Origin: Cardiobacteriaceae bacterium
Lineage (GTDB): Bacteria; Pseudomonadota; Gammaproteobacteria; Cardiobacteriales; Cardiobacteriaceae
Length of the DNA: 32,000 nucleotides
Reading direction: 5' to 3'
Assembly: GCA_017484165.1 (NCBI GenBank)
Contig: JAFUTP010000028.1
Span: 1-32,000 of the forward strand
Shown here: positions 19,829 to 31,138 of the stretch, one piece after another
How the letters are laid out: every line of letters starts with the position of its first letter
How positions within the stretch are numbered: the first letter of the stretch is position 1
Program-made: the position numbers and the translations under genes
Notes under the pieces: model-generated
The model's database searches: none
What the model saw: the letters and a program-made list of their open reading frames with translations, nothing else
Told to the model about the DNA's origin: nothing

Positions 19829-20497
19829 TTACACCTTTTGATAAAACAAATCCCAGACACCGTGTCCTTTTTTTATACCTCTTTGCTCAAATTTAGTTTG
19901 CGGACGAAATTCTGGTTTATCAATAAAACCTTCACTGTTACCGAGATTTTTCCATTTTGCGTCAAGCAGTAAAAAATCACGAATACTTTCCGCATAATTT
20001 TGCCAGTCGGTCGCGATGTGTAAATAACCGTTTTTCTTTATTTTTTTCCATAATTTATCGCAAAACTCCTGCTGCAACAAACGCCGTTTGTGATGGCGCA
20101 ATTTATGCCAAGGATCAGGAAAATACACCTGCACGCGGTCAATTGTTTCATCTTGAAAATTACTAGTAAAAAACGCTGCCGCATCACCACGCAAAATCCG
20201 TAAATTTTTAATATCGCGTACCTCAATTTCCGACAAAATTCTTCCAATTCCAGGCGGATAAACTTCAATCCCCACAAATCCCGTATCAGGCGCATTTGCC
20301 GCCATTTCCAACAAACTTTCACCGTTACCGAAACCAATTTCCACCACAACTTCACGGTAAGACGGAAAGATTTTTTGGAAATCAAGCATTTCATTTTCTG
20401 CAATATCAATTCCAAAACGCGGCCAAAGTTCGCTTAAAGCTCGCTCCTGCCGCGCGGTAATCCGACCTTGACGGATAACAAAACTACGGTTAGTCAT
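19829..20497 (-). CDS. trmB: tRNA (guanine-N7-)-methyltransferase
   Basis: VVEIGFGNGESLLEMA, FVGIEVYPPGIGRIL, VYFPDPWHKLRHHKRRL. Confidence 0.95.
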   Translation of the reverse strand: MTNRSFVIRQGRITARQERALSELWPRFGIDIAENEMLDFQKIFPSYREVVVEIGFGNGESLLEMAANAPDTGFVGIEVYPPGIGRILSEIEVRDIKNLRILRGDAAAFFTSNFQDETIDRVQVYFPDPWHKLRHHKRRLLQQEFCDKLWKKIKKNGYLHIATDWQNYAESIRDFLLLDAKWKNLGNSEGFIDKPEFRPQTKFEQRGIKKGHGVWDLFYQKV

Positions 20498-20524
20498 TTT
20501 TATCTCATAAAACGCAAAATTTAG

Positions 20525-20619
20525 AGGGCGTGTCTAAAAAATCTCTATCGGAAGTTCCTTCGCTACGCTCAGGATGACGAGCTAAAAAATAGAATTAAGC
20601 CTAAATTTAGATGTGCCCT
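20525..20619 (+). repeat. MITE-like element, copy 5 (short form)
   Basis: Termini AGGGCGTGTCTA / TAGATGTGCCCT form an imperfect inverted repeat. Core AAAAATCTCTATCGGAAGTTCCTTCGC...CTCAGGATGACGAG; the TCGTCATTTTGAGCC part is missing. Confidence 0.8.
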
Positions 20620-21418
20620 AGAGCCGCTTATCGCATTCAATAATCGCATAGGCCGAATGATTATGAATCGACTCAAAATTTTCCGATGACACGCTATACC
20701 AAGAAATCCGCTCATCCGCATTCAAAGCAATCGCTACATCACGGACAATATCTTCAACAAATTTGGGATTTTCATAAGCCCGTTCAGTTACAAATTTTTC
20801 ATCAGGGCGTTTGAGCGTCGCCCAAATCGGACAAGAACCACCGTTTTCTCCAATCGCCGCTAATTCCGCCAAAGTTATCGGATTGTTTCTGTCATACAAA
20901 ATACTAATAATGATGTGCGAGCGTTGATTGTGCGCACCGTATTCGGAAATCTCCTTCGAACATGGACAAAGACTAGTTACAGGCACGGTAATTTCCGCAT
21001 AAACACCGTAATCATCCGCTCTGCCATCAGAACTAATCCGCACCTCATAATTCATCACACTTTTCATACCGCTAACTGGCGCGGATTTTTCTAAAAAATA
21101 GGGAAAAGCTAAATTTATCGTTCCCTCTTCGGCCGACAAACGCGAAAGCATCGTCGAATGAATTTCGCCCAAATTGTCCAAACTAAATTCCGCCATCTCA
21201 TTGAGAATTTCAATAAAGCGCGACATATGCGTGCCTTTTTTATCATGCGGCAAATGCACCGTCATCTCCGCCATCGCAACCGTATGTTGCACCGCTCTAC
21301 CGTCATTAAACTTTATCGGCAACTGAATATCACGAACTCCAACTCGGGTTATCGGCAACTCGCGCTTATCAGGCGAACCTTGCACATCTGGAATATGAAG
21401 ATTGTTTTCTGTGTTCAT
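20618..21418 (-). CDS. folE2: GTP cyclohydrolase FolE2
   Basis: IPDVQGSPDKRELPITRVGVRDIQLPI, MSRFIEILNE, TSLCPCSKEISEYGAHNQRS. Confidence 0.95.
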   Translation of the reverse strand: MNTENNLHIPDVQGSPDKRELPITRVGVRDIQLPIKFNDGRAVQHTVAMAEMTVHLPHDKKGTHMSRFIEILNEMAEFSLDNLGEIHSTMLSRLSAEEGTINLAFPYFLEKSAPVSGMKSVMNYEVRISSDGRADDYGVYAEITVPVTSLCPCSKEISEYGAHNQRSHIIISILYDRNNPITLAELAAIGENGGSCPIWATLKRPDEKFVTERAYENPKFVEDIVRDVAIALNADERISWYSVSSENFESIHNHSAYAIIECDKRL

Positions 21419-21464
21419 TTATGAAACTCTCTTGAAATAAAAAATTGCTGGTGGTTAAATTTTT

Positions 21465-22346
21465 TTATTTTTTCTGCCCGTAATACTGATTTTCAATGCG
21501 AGCAGCTCGCAAAATCAATTTATCCATCATCGCGGTTGATAAAAATTTTTTTCCTAACGCCGCAAGTTTTGTCGCCGTCCCAACTCGATAGCGAGCGCGC
21601 GGTTTTTTCGCATTCAAAGCCTTAATCAACACTTTGACCACTTCCTGTGCCGACAAAGCAGAACGCGGATATTGCTCACTCTGCAATCTCTGCAACATTT
21701 GCAAATACGATAATTTATGCAAACTTCTTTCGGCATTTATCCACAGCGCAAAATTGTCATAACTATTTTTGCGAAAATTACTGCGAACCGTTCCCATTTC
21801 TAGCAAACTAACCGATATTCCGCTACCGTTGAGCTCCAAACGCAGAACATCAGTTAATCCTTCTAGAGCATATTTAGCCGCAACATAAGCACCGCGATAC
21901 GGCATCGGCGCAATCGCCAATACCGAACTTGCGTTAATAATCTTGCCGTAACCTTGTCTGCGCATAATCCGTAAAACCGACAAGGTCAATTCATGAGTTC
22001 CCAAAAGACAGGAATCAAGTTGATAAGCAAAAGCGGTGCGGGATAAATCTTCTAATGCCGCTGGAATTGCAAAAAAGGCATTGTTAAATAAAGCATCAAT
22101 TTTTCCGTCGCTAAGCCGTAAAGCCCAGTCCAAAGCCATCGCAATCGAATCCGAAGATTGCAAATTAAGCTGCACCGCATTCAAACCTTCTCGCTTTAAG
22201 CGTTCAACATCTTGTGCTTCTCTGGCGGTTGCAATTACCAACCAACCGCGTGCGTGCAAAGCGTGCGCCGCAGCGTAACCAATTCCCGACGAGCAACCTG
22301 TAATCAAAATCGAGGGCTTGCGTCTTTGCAGCGTTATTTTTCCCAA
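21465..22346 (-). CDS. short-chain dehydrogenase/reductase family oxidoreductase
   Basis: ILITGCSSGIGYAAAHAL, NNAFFAIPAALEDLS, SSVLAIAPMPYRGAYVAAKYALEGL. Confidence 0.92.
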   Translation of the reverse strand: MGKITLQRRKPSILITGCSSGIGYAAAHALHARGWLVIATAREAQDVERLKREGLNAVQLNLQSSDSIAMALDWALRLSDGKIDALFNNAFFAIPAALEDLSRTAFAYQLDSCLLGTHELTLSVLRIMRRQGYGKIINASSVLAIAPMPYRGAYVAAKYALEGLTDVLRLELNGSGISVSLLEMGTVRSNFRKNSYDNFALWINAERSLHKLSYLQMLQRLQSEQYPRSALSAQEVVKVLIKALNAKKPRARYRVGTATKLAALGKKFLSTAMMDKLILRAARIENQYYGQKK

Positions 22347-23362
22347 TTTTTAAGCTCCGAGTTAATCAAATCCGCAAGTAAATCAATATGCGCTCTCTCG
22401 TCATTTAAGGCTGGAATGTAGTGATACTCGCTACCGCCAGCCGATAAAAATACTTCCCGATTACGCATTGCCGTCTCTTCCAAAGTCTCTAAACAATCAG
22501 CACAAAATCCAGGACACATAAGCGCAATTTTTCTCACACCTGCATTCGCGAGCTGCACTAATTCATCTTCGGCATAAGGTTTGAGCCATTCTTCCCAACC
22601 AAAACGCGATTGAAAAATCACCGCAATTTCATCTTCTGAAAAATTAAGCTCCTGCCGTAAAAGCTCCGCCGTTGCCAACACCTGCTCGCGGTAATCATCA
22701 CCTTCTTCACAATAACGCTTGGGAATACCGTGAAAAGATAAAAGCAATTTTTCAGGCTTGCCCTGCTCTTTTTCATATTTACGGTAACTATCCGCCAAAG
22801 CCGAAATATATAAATGATGACGATGCCAATCACGGATAAACCGCCACTCTGGCACACAACGCAAAGACAACATCGTCCGATAAACCGCATCTAAAACGCT
22901 CGCCGTCGTAGTCGAGGAGTATTGCGGATACATCGGAATAATCAAAATCCTTTTACCGCCTGCGCGCACAAATCCAGTAATTTTTTCCTGAACATTCGGC
23001 GCGCCGTAACGACAGCAATAGTCAATATGAATGTTGTTTCGCGCGCAATTTTTACCGTCCGCCTGTTGCGCTTTACCGTCAAAACGCTTACGCAAAGCCA
23101 ACACTTGCTTTTTTGCAAAATAAATCAACGGCGAACCGTCTTCTCGCCAAATTTTCTGATAAAGCCGCAAAGTCTTCTTCGGACGAAGGCGCAAAATAAT
23201 GCCGTGCAAAATCAAAAACCACAAGCTGCGCGGCAAATCAATAATCCGCCGATCCGATAAAAATTCAGACAAATAATTACGCACCGCCTTTACCGTCAAG
23301 CGTTCAGGAGTTCCTAAATTGACTAGTAAAACCAACGGTGCGCTTTTTATTTCTTCTTGCAT
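22334..23362 (-). CDS. hemH: ferrochelatase
   Basis: VLLVNLGTPERLTVKAVRNYLSEFLSDRRIIDLPR, YPQYSSTTTASVLDAV, LLLSFHGIPKRYCEEGD, PGFCADCLETLEE. Start placed at ATG 23362; the tracked ORF extends upstream to 23476. Confidence 0.94.
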   Translation of the reverse strand: MQEEIKSAPLVLLVNLGTPERLTVKAVRNYLSEFLSDRRIIDLPRSLWFLILHGIILRLRPKKTLRLYQKIWREDGSPLIYFAKKQVLALRKRFDGKAQQADGKNCARNNIHIDYCCRYGAPNVQEKITGFVRAGGKRILIIPMYPQYSSTTTASVLDAVYRTMLSLRCVPEWRFIRDWHRHHLYISALADSYRKYEKEQGKPEKLLLSFHGIPKRYCEEGDDYREQVLATAELLRQELNFSEDEIAVIFQSRFGWEEWLKPYAEDELVQLANAGVRKIALMCPGFCADCLETLEETAMRNREVFLSAGGSEYHYIPALNDERAHIDLLADLINSELKNWEK

Positions 23363-23365
23363 CGA

Positions 23366-23395
23366 AAAACACGAGCCCCGAATTTGGGGCTCGAT
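23366..23395 (-). terminator. terminator of the ribosomal protein operon, downstream of rplQ
   Basis: Stem CGAGCCCC/GGGGCTCG (23372-23393) with 6-nt loop, followed on the minus strand by TGTTTTT. Confidence 0.85.
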
Positions 23396-23399
23396 AGAT

Positions 23400-23777
23400 T
23401 TAGTCATTATTCGGTAGCGGTCTATCCACCAATTCAACATAAGCCATCGGCGCACTATCACCCGCACGATAACCACATTTCAAAATTCGAACATAACCAC
23501 CTGGACGCTCTTTATAACGCGGTGCAAGTTCAGCAAATAATTTCACTACCGCCTTACGATCACGCAAACGCGCAAAAGCTAAACGACGAGCCGCAACCGT
23601 ATCGTTATTTTTCGCATGAGTAATAATCGGTTCAATTACCCGACGCAAATCCTTTGCCTTCGGTAAAGTCGTTTTAATCAACTCATGCTCAATCAACGAC
23701 ACCGACATATTCTTAAACATCGCTTGACGGTGCGCAGAAGTTCTATTGAACTTACGACCCGATAATTTGTGTCTCAT
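23400..23777 (-). CDS. rplQ: 50S ribosomal protein L17
   Basis: [24 protein letters not shown]. Start at 23777. Confidence 0.98.
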   Translation of the reverse strand: MRHKLSGRKFNRTSAHRQAMFKNMSVSLIEHELIKTTLPKAKDLRRVIEPIITHAKNNDTVAARRLAFARLRDRKAVVKLFAELAPRYKERPGGYVRILKCGYRAGDSAPMAYVELVDRPLPNND

Positions 23778-23813
23778 AAAAATTCTCCAAAAAAGCCGCA
23801 AATTTCACGGCTA

Positions 23814-24764
23814 TCAATCAATATCCATTCCTAACGAAAGACCATCGCGCTCTAACACAGTCTTAATCTCAACCAGAGATTTTTTACCAAGATTAGCAAG
23901 CTTCAATAAATCTACTTCACTACGACGAACTAAATCACCAACAGTGTTGATACCTTCCGCACGCAAACAATTCAATGAACGAACTGTAAGCTCTAATTCC
24001 TCTACCGCACGAGCAAAACGCGGATCAACATTGATATCTTCAACAACTTCGGTAGTTTCTTCTTCCGTCGATTCAAGATTTACAAATACACGCAATTGCT
24101 TATAAAGAATTGTCGCCGCTCTGCGAATCGCTTCATCAGCTGCAATCGTTCCGTTAGTTTCAATTTCGATAATAAGTTTGTCTAAATCTGTTCGTTGCTC
24201 TACCCGCGCTTGCTCAACATCATATTTGATGCGACGAATCGGACTAAACGAAGCATCTAAACGCAAAATCTGCGATTGCACCGTCTCCTCATCATCATTA
24301 TTCTGCGCAACAACACGGTAACCTCTACCCTTCTCAACCAAAACCGATAACTCAAAAACAGTATCTTTGGTCAAATGCGCAATGATGTGATCAGGATTAA
24401 ATAATTCCACACCAGCAGGCAAGTCAAAATCACTGGCACGCACAATCCCAGCTTTTTCAACTTTCAAGGTCATATGCGCCCGCTCCATAGTCGGCATCGA
24501 AAGCGCAACACCTTTCAGATTTAACAAAACATCAATAACATCTTCCGTTACGCCGTCAATCGCAGAATATTCGTGCTGAACACCTGTAATAGAGCACTCG
24601 GTAATCGCTGCCCCTTCAATCGAAGAAAGCAAAACGCGACGCAATGCCGTGCCTAATGTATAACCAAAACCGCGTTCCAACGGCTCCAAGGTTACACGAG
24701 AAGTATTCGGCGCAATTTCTTTAATTTGAACGATACGGGGAGTTAATAACTCGGATAACGACAT
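23814..24764 (-). CDS. rpoA: DNA-directed RNA polymerase alpha subunit
   Basis: [25 protein letters not shown]-like sequence and alpha-[22 protein letters not shown] homolog. Confidence 0.98.
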   Translation of the reverse strand: MSLSELLTPRIVQIKEIAPNTSRVTLEPLERGFGYTLGTALRRVLLSSIEGAAITECSITGVQHEYSAIDGVTEDVIDVLLNLKGVALSMPTMERAHMTLKVEKAGIVRASDFDLPAGVELFNPDHIIAHLTKDTVFELSVLVEKGRGYRVVAQNNDDEETVQSQILRLDASFSPIRRIKYDVEQARVEQRTDLDKLIIEIETNGTIAADEAIRRAATILYKQLRVFVNLESTEEETTEVVEDINVDPRFARAVEELELTVRSLNCLRAEGINTVGDLVRRSEVDLLKLANLGKKSLVEIKTVLERDGLSLGMDID

Positions 24765-24790
24765 AACAAAAACACCATCTATCTCAACAA

Positions 24791-25411
24791 TTATTTCGAA
24801 TAAAGCTCAACAATCAGCGACTCATTGATGTCAGGAGATAAGTCAATCCGTTCTGGAATACGCTTGAATTGACCACTCATTTTCTTGGTATCAACCTCAA
24901 CCCAATCAACAAATCCGTGTTGTTCAGCCAAAGAAAGAGATGTTTGTATCCGAACTTGAGAGCGAGATTTTTCACGAACCGAAATAATATCTTCCGCCTT
25001 CACTTGATAAGAAGCAATCGTTACCCGCTGACCATTTACTTCAATCGCACCGTGTGAAACCAATTGACGGCTTTCCGCACGAGTTGAACCAAATCCCATA
25101 CGATAAACAACATTGTCTAAACGGCATTCCAAAATTTGTAATAAATTTTCACCCGTAGAACCCTTGCGTTGCGCTGCTTTTTTGTAGTAAATACGGAATT
25201 GACGTTCTAAAACACCGTAAATTCTTTTAACTTTTTGCTTTTCCCGTAACTGACCACCGTAATCTGATAATCTACCACGACGAGCACCGTGCTGACCAGC
25301 AGCCGTGTCCATATTGCATTTTGATTTCAAATCACGAACACGCGATTTCAACTCTAAATCTACACCCTCACGGCGCGCCAAACGACATTTTGGACCTATG
25401 TATCTAGCCAT
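24791..25411 (-). CDS. rpsD: 30S ribosomal protein S4
   Basis: [43 protein letters not shown]. Confidence 0.98.
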   Translation of the reverse strand: MARYIGPKCRLARREGVDLELKSRVRDLKSKCNMDTAAGQHGARRGRLSDYGGQLREKQKVKRIYGVLERQFRIYYKKAAQRKGSTGENLLQILECRLDNVVYRMGFGSTRAESRQLVSHGAIEVNGQRVTIASYQVKAEDIISVREKSRSQVRIQTSLSLAEQHGFVDWVEVDTKKMSGQFKRIPERIDLSPDINESLIVELYSK

Positions 25412-25438
25412 AAATATAAATTTCCTTATTCAAAATAA

Positions 25439-25843
25439 TTACACACGGCGTTTTTTAGGAGGACGGCAACCGTTATGAGGAATCGGAGTAATGTCAGTAA
25501 TGCTATGAATATTAAAACCGCTCGCATTCAATGCACGAACAGCTGATTCACGCCCAGGACCAGGTCCTTTAATATTTACATCAACATTTTGCACACCATA
25601 TTCTTTGGCGGCAGTAGCGGCGCGTTCGGCTGCGACTTGTGCTGCAAAAGGAGTACTTTTGCGCGAGCCTCGAAAACCCGAACCACCGGCAGTTGCCCAA
25701 GAAAGCGTGTTACCTTGTCCATCAGTAATGGTAACAATGGTATTGTTAAATGAAGCGTGGATATGCGCAACAGCATCCACAACAACACGCTTTGCTTTTT
25801 TTCTTACTTGTTTCTGTTGTTTACCAGCAGTAGTTTTAGCCAT
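25439..25843 (-). CDS. rpsK: 30S ribosomal protein S11
   Basis: [32 protein letters not shown]. Confidence 0.98.
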   Translation of the reverse strand: MAKTTAGKQQKQVRKKAKRVVVDAVAHIHASFNNTIVTITDGQGNTLSWATAGGSGFRGSRKSTPFAAQVAAERAATAAKEYGVQNVDVNIKGPGPGRESAVRALNASGFNIHSITDITPIPHNGCRPPKKRRV

Positions 25844-25873
25844 AAAAATAACTCACTTAAAAAAATCGCTAAA

Positions 25874-26230
25874 TTAGCGTTTAATCGGACGACGCGGACC
25901 TTTACGAGTACGAGCGTTCGTTTTAGTGCGCTGACCACGCACAGGAAGACTGCGACGATGACGCAAACCACGGTAACAGCCTAAATCCATCAACCGTTTA
26001 ATATCCATCGATACTTTGCGGCGCAAATCGCCTTCAACTTGATATTCACCAACAGCTTGACGCAATGCATCAACTTCAGCATCAGTTAAATCGCGAACTT
26101 TTTTATCAGTCGGAACACCAGCAGCCGCACAAATCGCACGAGCTCTTGGCACCCCAATACCATAAATTGCAGTCAGTGCAATGAAGGTATGTTTTTGAGT
26201 TGGAATATTGATACCGGCTATACGAGCCAT
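25874..26230 (-). CDS. rpsM: 30S ribosomal protein S13
   Basis: [46 protein letters not shown]. Confidence 0.98.
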   Translation of the reverse strand: MARIAGINIPTQKHTFIALTAIYGIGVPRARAICAAAGVPTDKKVRDLTDAEVDALRQAVGEYQVEGDLRRKVSMDIKRLMDLGCYRGLRHRRSLPVRGQRTKTNARTRKGPRRPIKR

Positions 26231-26281
26231 AAAAAATTCTCCTAAATTGATTTGTAAATATCAACAAATCGGAATAAATAA

Positions 26282-26395
26282 TCAACCTTGGCGTTGTTTA
26301 TGACGCTTATCAGTGCAGATTACACGAACACTGCCGTGTCGGCGAATAATCCGACAATTACGACACATTTTTTTTACAGAAGCACTTACTTTCAT
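26282..26395 (-). CDS. rpmJ: 50S ribosomal protein L36 (not in the supplied ORF track)
   Basis: Manual translation of the minus strand gives [37 protein letters not shown], between secY and rpsM. Confidence 0.96.
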   Translation of the reverse strand: MKVSASVKKMCRNCRIIRRHGSVRVICTDKRHKQRQG

Positions 26396-26432
26396 TGAAT
26401 ACTCCAAAAAAATTATTTTCAGCGGTTACCCC

Positions 26433-27767
26433 TTAACGGTGATACTGCCCGCCAAATCCAGATAAATTAGCTTTACGCATCAAGCTTTCATATTGCTTCG
26501 AGAGAATATGAGATTGCACTTGCGACATAAAATCCATTGCAACTACAACCGCAATCAATAACGATGTTCCACCGAAGAGGAAAAGTATCTGTCCAGCAGT
26601 CGAGCCAATATTCATCAAAGACGGCAAGATACAAACAAACGCTACATATATCGCTCCAAGCAATGTCAGCCGCTCTTGCACCATATCCAAATATTCAGCC
26701 GTTTGCTTACCAGGACGAAAACCTTGAATAAAGGCATTGGAACGCTTCAAGTTATCAGCTAGTTCGCGGTTTTCATACATCATTGAAGTGTAGAAGAACG
26801 AAAACAGCACGATTAACAAGGTAAAGCTTGCGATATATAGCCAGCTACCAGGACCGAAGCTACTACCGAGTTCGCTTAAAAAACGACCAACGGTGCTCGT
26901 ACTACCGACAAACAAACCAAAACCTGAAACCAGCAAGGTAATAATCGCGGAAGCAAAAATTGCAGGAATAACCCCAGCCATATTGATTTTCAACGGAATA
27001 TGCTGTTTATCATTCATCGCTGCCAAAGAAGCACCTTGCGTTCTTTTCGCATAGTGAATTGCAATTTTGCGTTGTGCTCTTTCAACATAGACTATCAAAG
27101 CGAACAGTCCAATAATCAAGCCTAAAATCAGGAAAAATTTGCCATAAGACAAAGAACCGTCTTTCGCTTGTGAGACCATCGCCCCAATACCTGTCGGCAT
27201 ATTTACGGAAATACCCGCAAAAATCAACATCGATATACCGTTACCGATACCGCGTTCCGTAATCTGCTCGCCGAGCCACATCATAAACATAGCACCAGTA
27301 GTCAAACCGATAGTGGTAATTAGAACAAACTGCGAAGCCGCAACCGTGTCTAATTTCATTCCGCCGTTCATCACCGCACGCGATATCGCTAAACCTTGCA
27401 CAACAGAAACAAACAATGTCAGATAACGCGTATATTGCATTATCTTCTTCTGCCCAGAACTGCCCTGCTGCCGTAGTTCCTTCAAAGCTGGATACATATG
27501 TGTAACCAGCTGCATAATTATCGATGCACTGATATACGGTGCAACGCCCAATGCTAATAACGAAGCATTCGACAATGCACCGCCAGAAAACATATTGAAC
27601 AATTGAAACAGCGAGCCAGAACCACCTTCGAACATATCCCGTATTTTTGCCAAATCCACACCTGGCACTGGAATATGCACACCGATACGGTAAATGATTA
27701 AGGAAATAATCAAAAACCACAAACGAGCAGTTAGTTCCTTGAACGGATTTGAAGCAGGCTGTGCCAT
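26433..27767 (-). CDS. secY: preprotein translocase subunit SecY
   Basis: RLWFLIISLIIYRIGVHIPVPGVD, GRKTAEYLDxVxxRLTLxGAIYVAxxC-like region. Confidence 0.98.
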   Translation of the reverse strand: MAQPASNPFKELTARLWFLIISLIIYRIGVHIPVPGVDLAKIRDMFEGGSGSLFQLFNMFSGGALSNASLLALGVAPYISASIIMQLVTHMYPALKELRQQGSSGQKKIMQYTRYLTLFVSVVQGLAISRAVMNGGMKLDTVAASQFVLITTIGLTTGAMFMMWLGEQITERGIGNGISMLIFAGISVNMPTGIGAMVSQAKDGSLSYGKFFLILGLIIGLFALIVYVERAQRKIAIHYAKRTQGASLAAMNDKQHIPLKINMAGVIPAIFASAIITLLVSGFGLFVGSTSTVGRFLSELGSSFGPGSWLYIASFTLLIVLFSFFYTSMMYENRELADNLKRSNAFIQGFRPGKQTAEYLDMVQERLTLLGAIYVAFVCILPSLMNIGSTAGQILFLFGGTSLLIAVVVAMDFMSQVQSHILSKQYESLMRKANLSGFGGQYHR

Positions 27768-27774
27768 AAGAGTT

Positions 27775-28215
27775 TTATTCCTCTACCTTACCGCCAGCAG
27801 CTTCAATTGCCGCTTTCGCACCTTTGCTTACCGAAATTCCTTTCAAAGTTACCGATTTAGAAATTTCACCTTGCAAATATACTTTTGCAGAAGTCGCCAA
27901 AATCGGAGCAATCCCAGCATCTTTCAGTGCTTGCAAATCAATAACTTGCACAGACAAAGCATTCAATTCTTGCAAACGCACACGAGCTGTATCAATACGC
28001 TTTTGACTACGGAAACCGCGTTTTGGCAAACGGCGTTGCAAAGGCATTTGTCCGCCTTCAAAACCAACTTTATGATAGCCACCAGAACGAGCTTTTTGAC
28101 CTTTATGCCCCTTACCGCTAGTTTTACCTAAACCAGAACCAATACCGCGTCCTAAACGCTTCTTCGACTGATGAGAACCTTCGGCAGGTTTTAATGTATT
28201 CAAACGCATTTTCAA
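27775..28215 (-). CDS. rplO: 50S ribosomal protein L15
   Basis: [41 protein letters not shown]. Confidence 0.98.
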   Translation of the reverse strand: MKMRLNTLKPAEGSHQSKKRLGRGIGSGLGKTSGKGHKGQKARSGGYHKVGFEGGQMPLQRRLPKRGFRSQKRIDTARVRLQELNALSVQVIDLQALKDAGIAPILATSAKVYLQGEISKSVTLKGISVSKGAKAAIEAAGGKVEE

Positions 28216-28397
28216 ACCTCTTCGACTTTCAGCAAATATGCAACTTTGTTAATCATTCCTCGATTTTCAGGAGTATCGAGAACTTCACGAGACTGGTGCA
28301 TTTTGCGCAAGCCCAAGCCTTTTACACACAATTTATGGTTTTCTAAACGACCGTTAAGGCTTTTTACCAGTGTAACTTTGATTTTCTTATCGGACAT
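28212..28397 (-). CDS. rpmD: 50S ribosomal protein L30
   Basis: [55 protein letters not shown]. Confidence 0.97.
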   Translation of the reverse strand: MSDKKIKVTLVKSLNGRLENHKLCVKGLGLRKMHQSREVLDTPENRGMINKVAYLLKVEEV

Positions 28398-28902
28398 TAG
28401 CTAACACCTCTTCCAAAGATTTACCGCGTTTATCGGCAACTTCTTGTGCTGTATTCATTGATACTAAACCGTTAATCGTCGCACGAATTACATTGCCTGG
28501 ATTACGAGTGCCGATACATTTTGCCAAGACATCTTTCACCCCGACAACTTCAAATACCGCACGCATCGCACCGCCAGCAATAATTCCTGTACCAGCAGAA
28601 GCAGGCTGTATGAATACTTTTGCCGCTCCGTGTGTGCCGATAACCGCATATTGCAAAGTATCATTATTCAAAGAAACGGTAACCAAACTCTTTTTAGCTT
28701 GTTCAATTGCTTTTTGAATTGCAACTGGAACTTCTTTCGCCTTACCGTATCCAAATCCGACACGACCTTTGCCATCACCAATAACTACCAAAGCAGCAAA
28801 AGCAAATTGCCGACCACCTTTAACAACTTTTGTAACCCGATTAACGGCAACTAATTTTTCTAAAAACTCGTTTTCTTGTTGGCGTTCTTTTTGTTGAGCC
28901 AT
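28387..28902 (-). CDS. rpsE: 30S ribosomal protein S5
   Basis: [48 protein letters not shown]. Confidence 0.98.
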   Translation of the reverse strand: MAQQKERQQENEFLEKLVAVNRVTKVVKGGRQFAFAALVVIGDGKGRVGFGYGKAKEVPVAIQKAIEQAKKSLVTVSLNNDTLQYAVIGTHGAAKVFIQPASAGTGIIAGGAMRAVFEVVGVKDVLAKCIGTRNPGNVIRATINGLVSMNTAQEVADKRGKSLEEVLANVR

Positions 28903-28911
28903 AATAACCTC

Positions 28912-29271
28912 TTAAAATTGTAATCCAGCTTCACGCGCAGCTTCTGCCAACGCCTTCACACGACCGTGATACGGAAAACCGCTCCGATCAAACGCCACTT
29001 CTGCGATACCCAAAGATTTAGCCTTTTCGCCAATCAACTTACCGACTTTGCCAGCCGCTTCAATGTTACCTGTATATTTCAATCCTTGTTTTACCGCAGA
29101 TTGCACAGTAGAAACCGTAGCCAACACACGATTTTCATCACCACCGCTAATCAGTTGTGCATAAATATGACGCGGGGTTTTATTAACAATCAAGCTCGCC
29201 TTACCAGATTCACGGATATTCAAACGAGTGCGTTTGCCACGACGAATACGGTTGATTTTTTTCTGATTCAT
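28912..29271 (-). CDS. rplR: 50S ribosomal protein L18
   Basis: HIYAQLIS-type motif and [26 protein letters not shown]. Confidence 0.98.
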   Translation of the reverse strand: MNQKKINRIRRGKRTRLNIRESGKASLIVNKTPRHIYAQLISGGDENRVLATVSTVQSAVKQGLKYTGNIEAAGKVGKLIGEKAKSLGIAEVAFDRSGFPYHGRVKALAEAAREAGLQF

Positions 29272-29283
29272 CTTTTTACCCCG

Positions 29284-29817
29284 TTATTTTTTCTTGGTTT
29301 CTTTGATGATTACGCGTTCATCCGCATAGCGAACACCTTTACCTTTATAAGGTTCAGGCGGACGATAAGCACGAATCTTCGCCGCAACTTCACCGACCAA
29401 CTGTTTATCATTACCTTTGATAAGGATTTCAGTTTGAGACGGAGTTTCAATAGCAATACCAGTAGGAACTGCAAATTCAATCGGATGCGAAAAACCAAGC
29501 GATAAATTCAATTTTGCACCTTGCGCCTGTGCTCTATAACCAACACCGACTAATTGCAACTTCTTCTCAAAACCAACGCTAACACCAATCATCATATTAT
29601 TGACTAATGCACGCATCGTTCCTGTCATCATCCAGTGTTCAGCCGTTTCTTTAACTGGTTTAATCAATAAACGACCGTCATTTTCTTCAATAGTAGTAAA
29701 AGGGTGTAATTCTAATTTCAACTCGCCTTTTGCGCCTTTTGCGCTAACTTTTTGCTTATCAATCGAAATTTGAACACCTTTTGGAATTACAACAGGTTGC
29801 TTACCAATACGAGACAT
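29284..29817 (-). CDS. rplF: 50S ribosomal protein L6
   Basis: MSRIGKQPVVIPKGV, RPPEPYKGKGVRYADERVIIKETKKK. Confidence 0.98.
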   Translation of the reverse strand: MSRIGKQPVVIPKGVQISIDKQKVSAKGAKGELKLELHPFTTIEENDGRLLIKPVKETAEHWMMTGTMRALVNNMMIGVSVGFEKKLQLVGVGYRAQAQGAKLNLSLGFSHPIEFAVPTGIAIETPSQTEILIKGNDKQLVGEVAAKIRAYRPPEPYKGKGVRYADERVIIKETKKK

Positions 29818-29826
29818 CTTTCCCCC

Positions 29827-30216
29827 TTATGCCACAAAGCAGATAACTTCGCCGCCAATACCATTCTTACGGGCTTGCAAATCACTCATTACACCCTTCG
29901 AAGTAGAAATTATGGCAACACCCAAGCCGCCTTGTACACGGGGCAACTCTTTGGCATTTTTAAAAATACGCAAACCAGGACGACTAACTCTTTGCAACAA
30001 CTCAATAACTGGTTTGCCTTGATAGTATTTCAAACTAATAGTCAATTCTGGTTTAACATCAGACGAAACTTCAAAACCGAGAATATAGCCCTCTTCTTGC
30101 AAAACCTTTGCAATCGCAACTTTTTGCTTTGAAGATGGCATAGTTACTAATGAACGCCCAACACTTTGAGCATTGCGGATACGCGTGAGCATATCAGCAA
30201 TAGGATCCATCATCAT
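29827..30216 (-). CDS. rpsH: 30S ribosomal protein S8
   Basis: [51 protein letters not shown]. Start may be 30210. Confidence 0.97.
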   Translation of the reverse strand: MMMDPIADMLTRIRNAQSVGRSLVTMPSSKQKVAIAKVLQEEGYILGFEVSSDVKPELTISLKYYQGKPVIELLQRVSRPGLRIFKNAKELPRVQGGLGVAIISTSKGVMSDLQARKNGIGGEVICFVA

Positions 30217-30280
30217 ATAAAAATTACCTCTATTTCAGTATCAGAACTTAAAGTTCTTGGAACTTAAAGAATGCCAGTTG

Positions 30281-30589
30281 TTACCAACTAGCTTTTCTTA
30301 CACCTGGAACTTCGCCACGCATAGCGAGTTCGCGCAATTTATTCCGAGAAAGCCCAAAACGACGATACACAGCATGCGGACGACCAGTAATCCGACAACG
30401 GCGTTGCAATCTCACAGGAGAAGCATCACGCGGTAGTTTGTGTAATTGTTCTTGTGCCGCCAAGCGTTCTTCATCAGAATATGAATCAATTTTGCGAATA
30501 ATTTCTTTAAGTTTGGCGCGTTTTTCAGCATATTTTTCAACCATTTTAATACGCTTCAATTCGCGATTTACCATACTTTTTTTAGCCAT
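30281..30589 (-). CDS. rpsN: 30S ribosomal protein S14
   Basis: [62 protein letters not shown]. Confidence 0.98.
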   Translation of the reverse strand: MAKKSMVNRELKRIKMVEKYAEKRAKLKEIIRKIDSYSDEERLAAQEQLHKLPRDASPVRLQRRCRITGRPHAVYRRFGLSRNKLRELAMRGEVPGVRKASW

Positions 30590-30591
30590 TA

Positions 30592-31137
30592 TTAACCTCT
30601 AAATGGAAAGCCGAAAGCGTCAAGCAATGCTTTTGCTTGCTCATCATTAGCCGCAGTGGTGGTAAAAGTAATATCCATACCGCGAATTGCATCAGTTTTT
30701 TCAAAATCAATTTCAGGGAAAATGATTTGCTCTTTAACACCAAAACTGTAATTTCCGCGACCGTCAAATGATTTTGCACTCAAACCACGAAAATCTCTTG
30801 TCCGCGGAATCGAAATGTTAATCAAACGATCTAAAAATTCATACATTTTGTCGCGACGCAAAGTTACTTTACAACCAATCGGCCAACCATCACGAATTTT
30901 GAAACCAGCAATAGATTTCTTCGATTTAGTGATAATCGGCTTTTGACCAGTGATTAAACTCAAATCACGAACGGCATTATCCATAATTTTTTTGTCCGCA
31001 ACCGCTTCACCAACACCCATATTCAAAGTGATTTTTTGTAAGCGTGGAACCTGCATAATATTGCTCAAACCAAGCTTTTGTTGCAGAGCAGGAACAATTT
31101 CCTTTTTATAAATTTCTTCCAAACGGGACATATTCAC
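30592..31137 (-). CDS. rplE: 50S ribosomal protein L5
   Basis: [48 protein letters not shown]. Confidence 0.98.
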   Translation of the reverse strand: MNMSRLEEIYKKEIVPALQQKLGLSNIMQVPRLQKITLNMGVGEAVADKKIMDNAVRDLSLITGQKPIITKSKKSIAGFKIRDGWPIGCKVTLRRDKMYEFLDRLINISIPRTRDFRGLSAKSFDGRGNYSFGVKEQIIFPEIDFEKTDAIRGMDITFTTTAANDEQAKALLDAFGFPFRG

Positions 31138-31138
31138 C

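Noticed and set aside
23363-23476. Extended N-terminus of ferrochelatase
   Set aside because: The extra 38 residues are translated through the rplQ end and its terminator hairpin. The conserved protein starts at or near MQEEIKSAPLVLLVNLGTP.
27241-27720. 159-aa minus-strand ORF within secY
   Set aside because: It is an alternate frame of the conserved secY gene.
28966-29505. 179-aa plus-strand ORF and many others antisense to the ribosomal operon
   Set aside because: They are fully antisense to rplR/rplF with no conserved features. The same pattern occurs opposite most ribosomal genes here.
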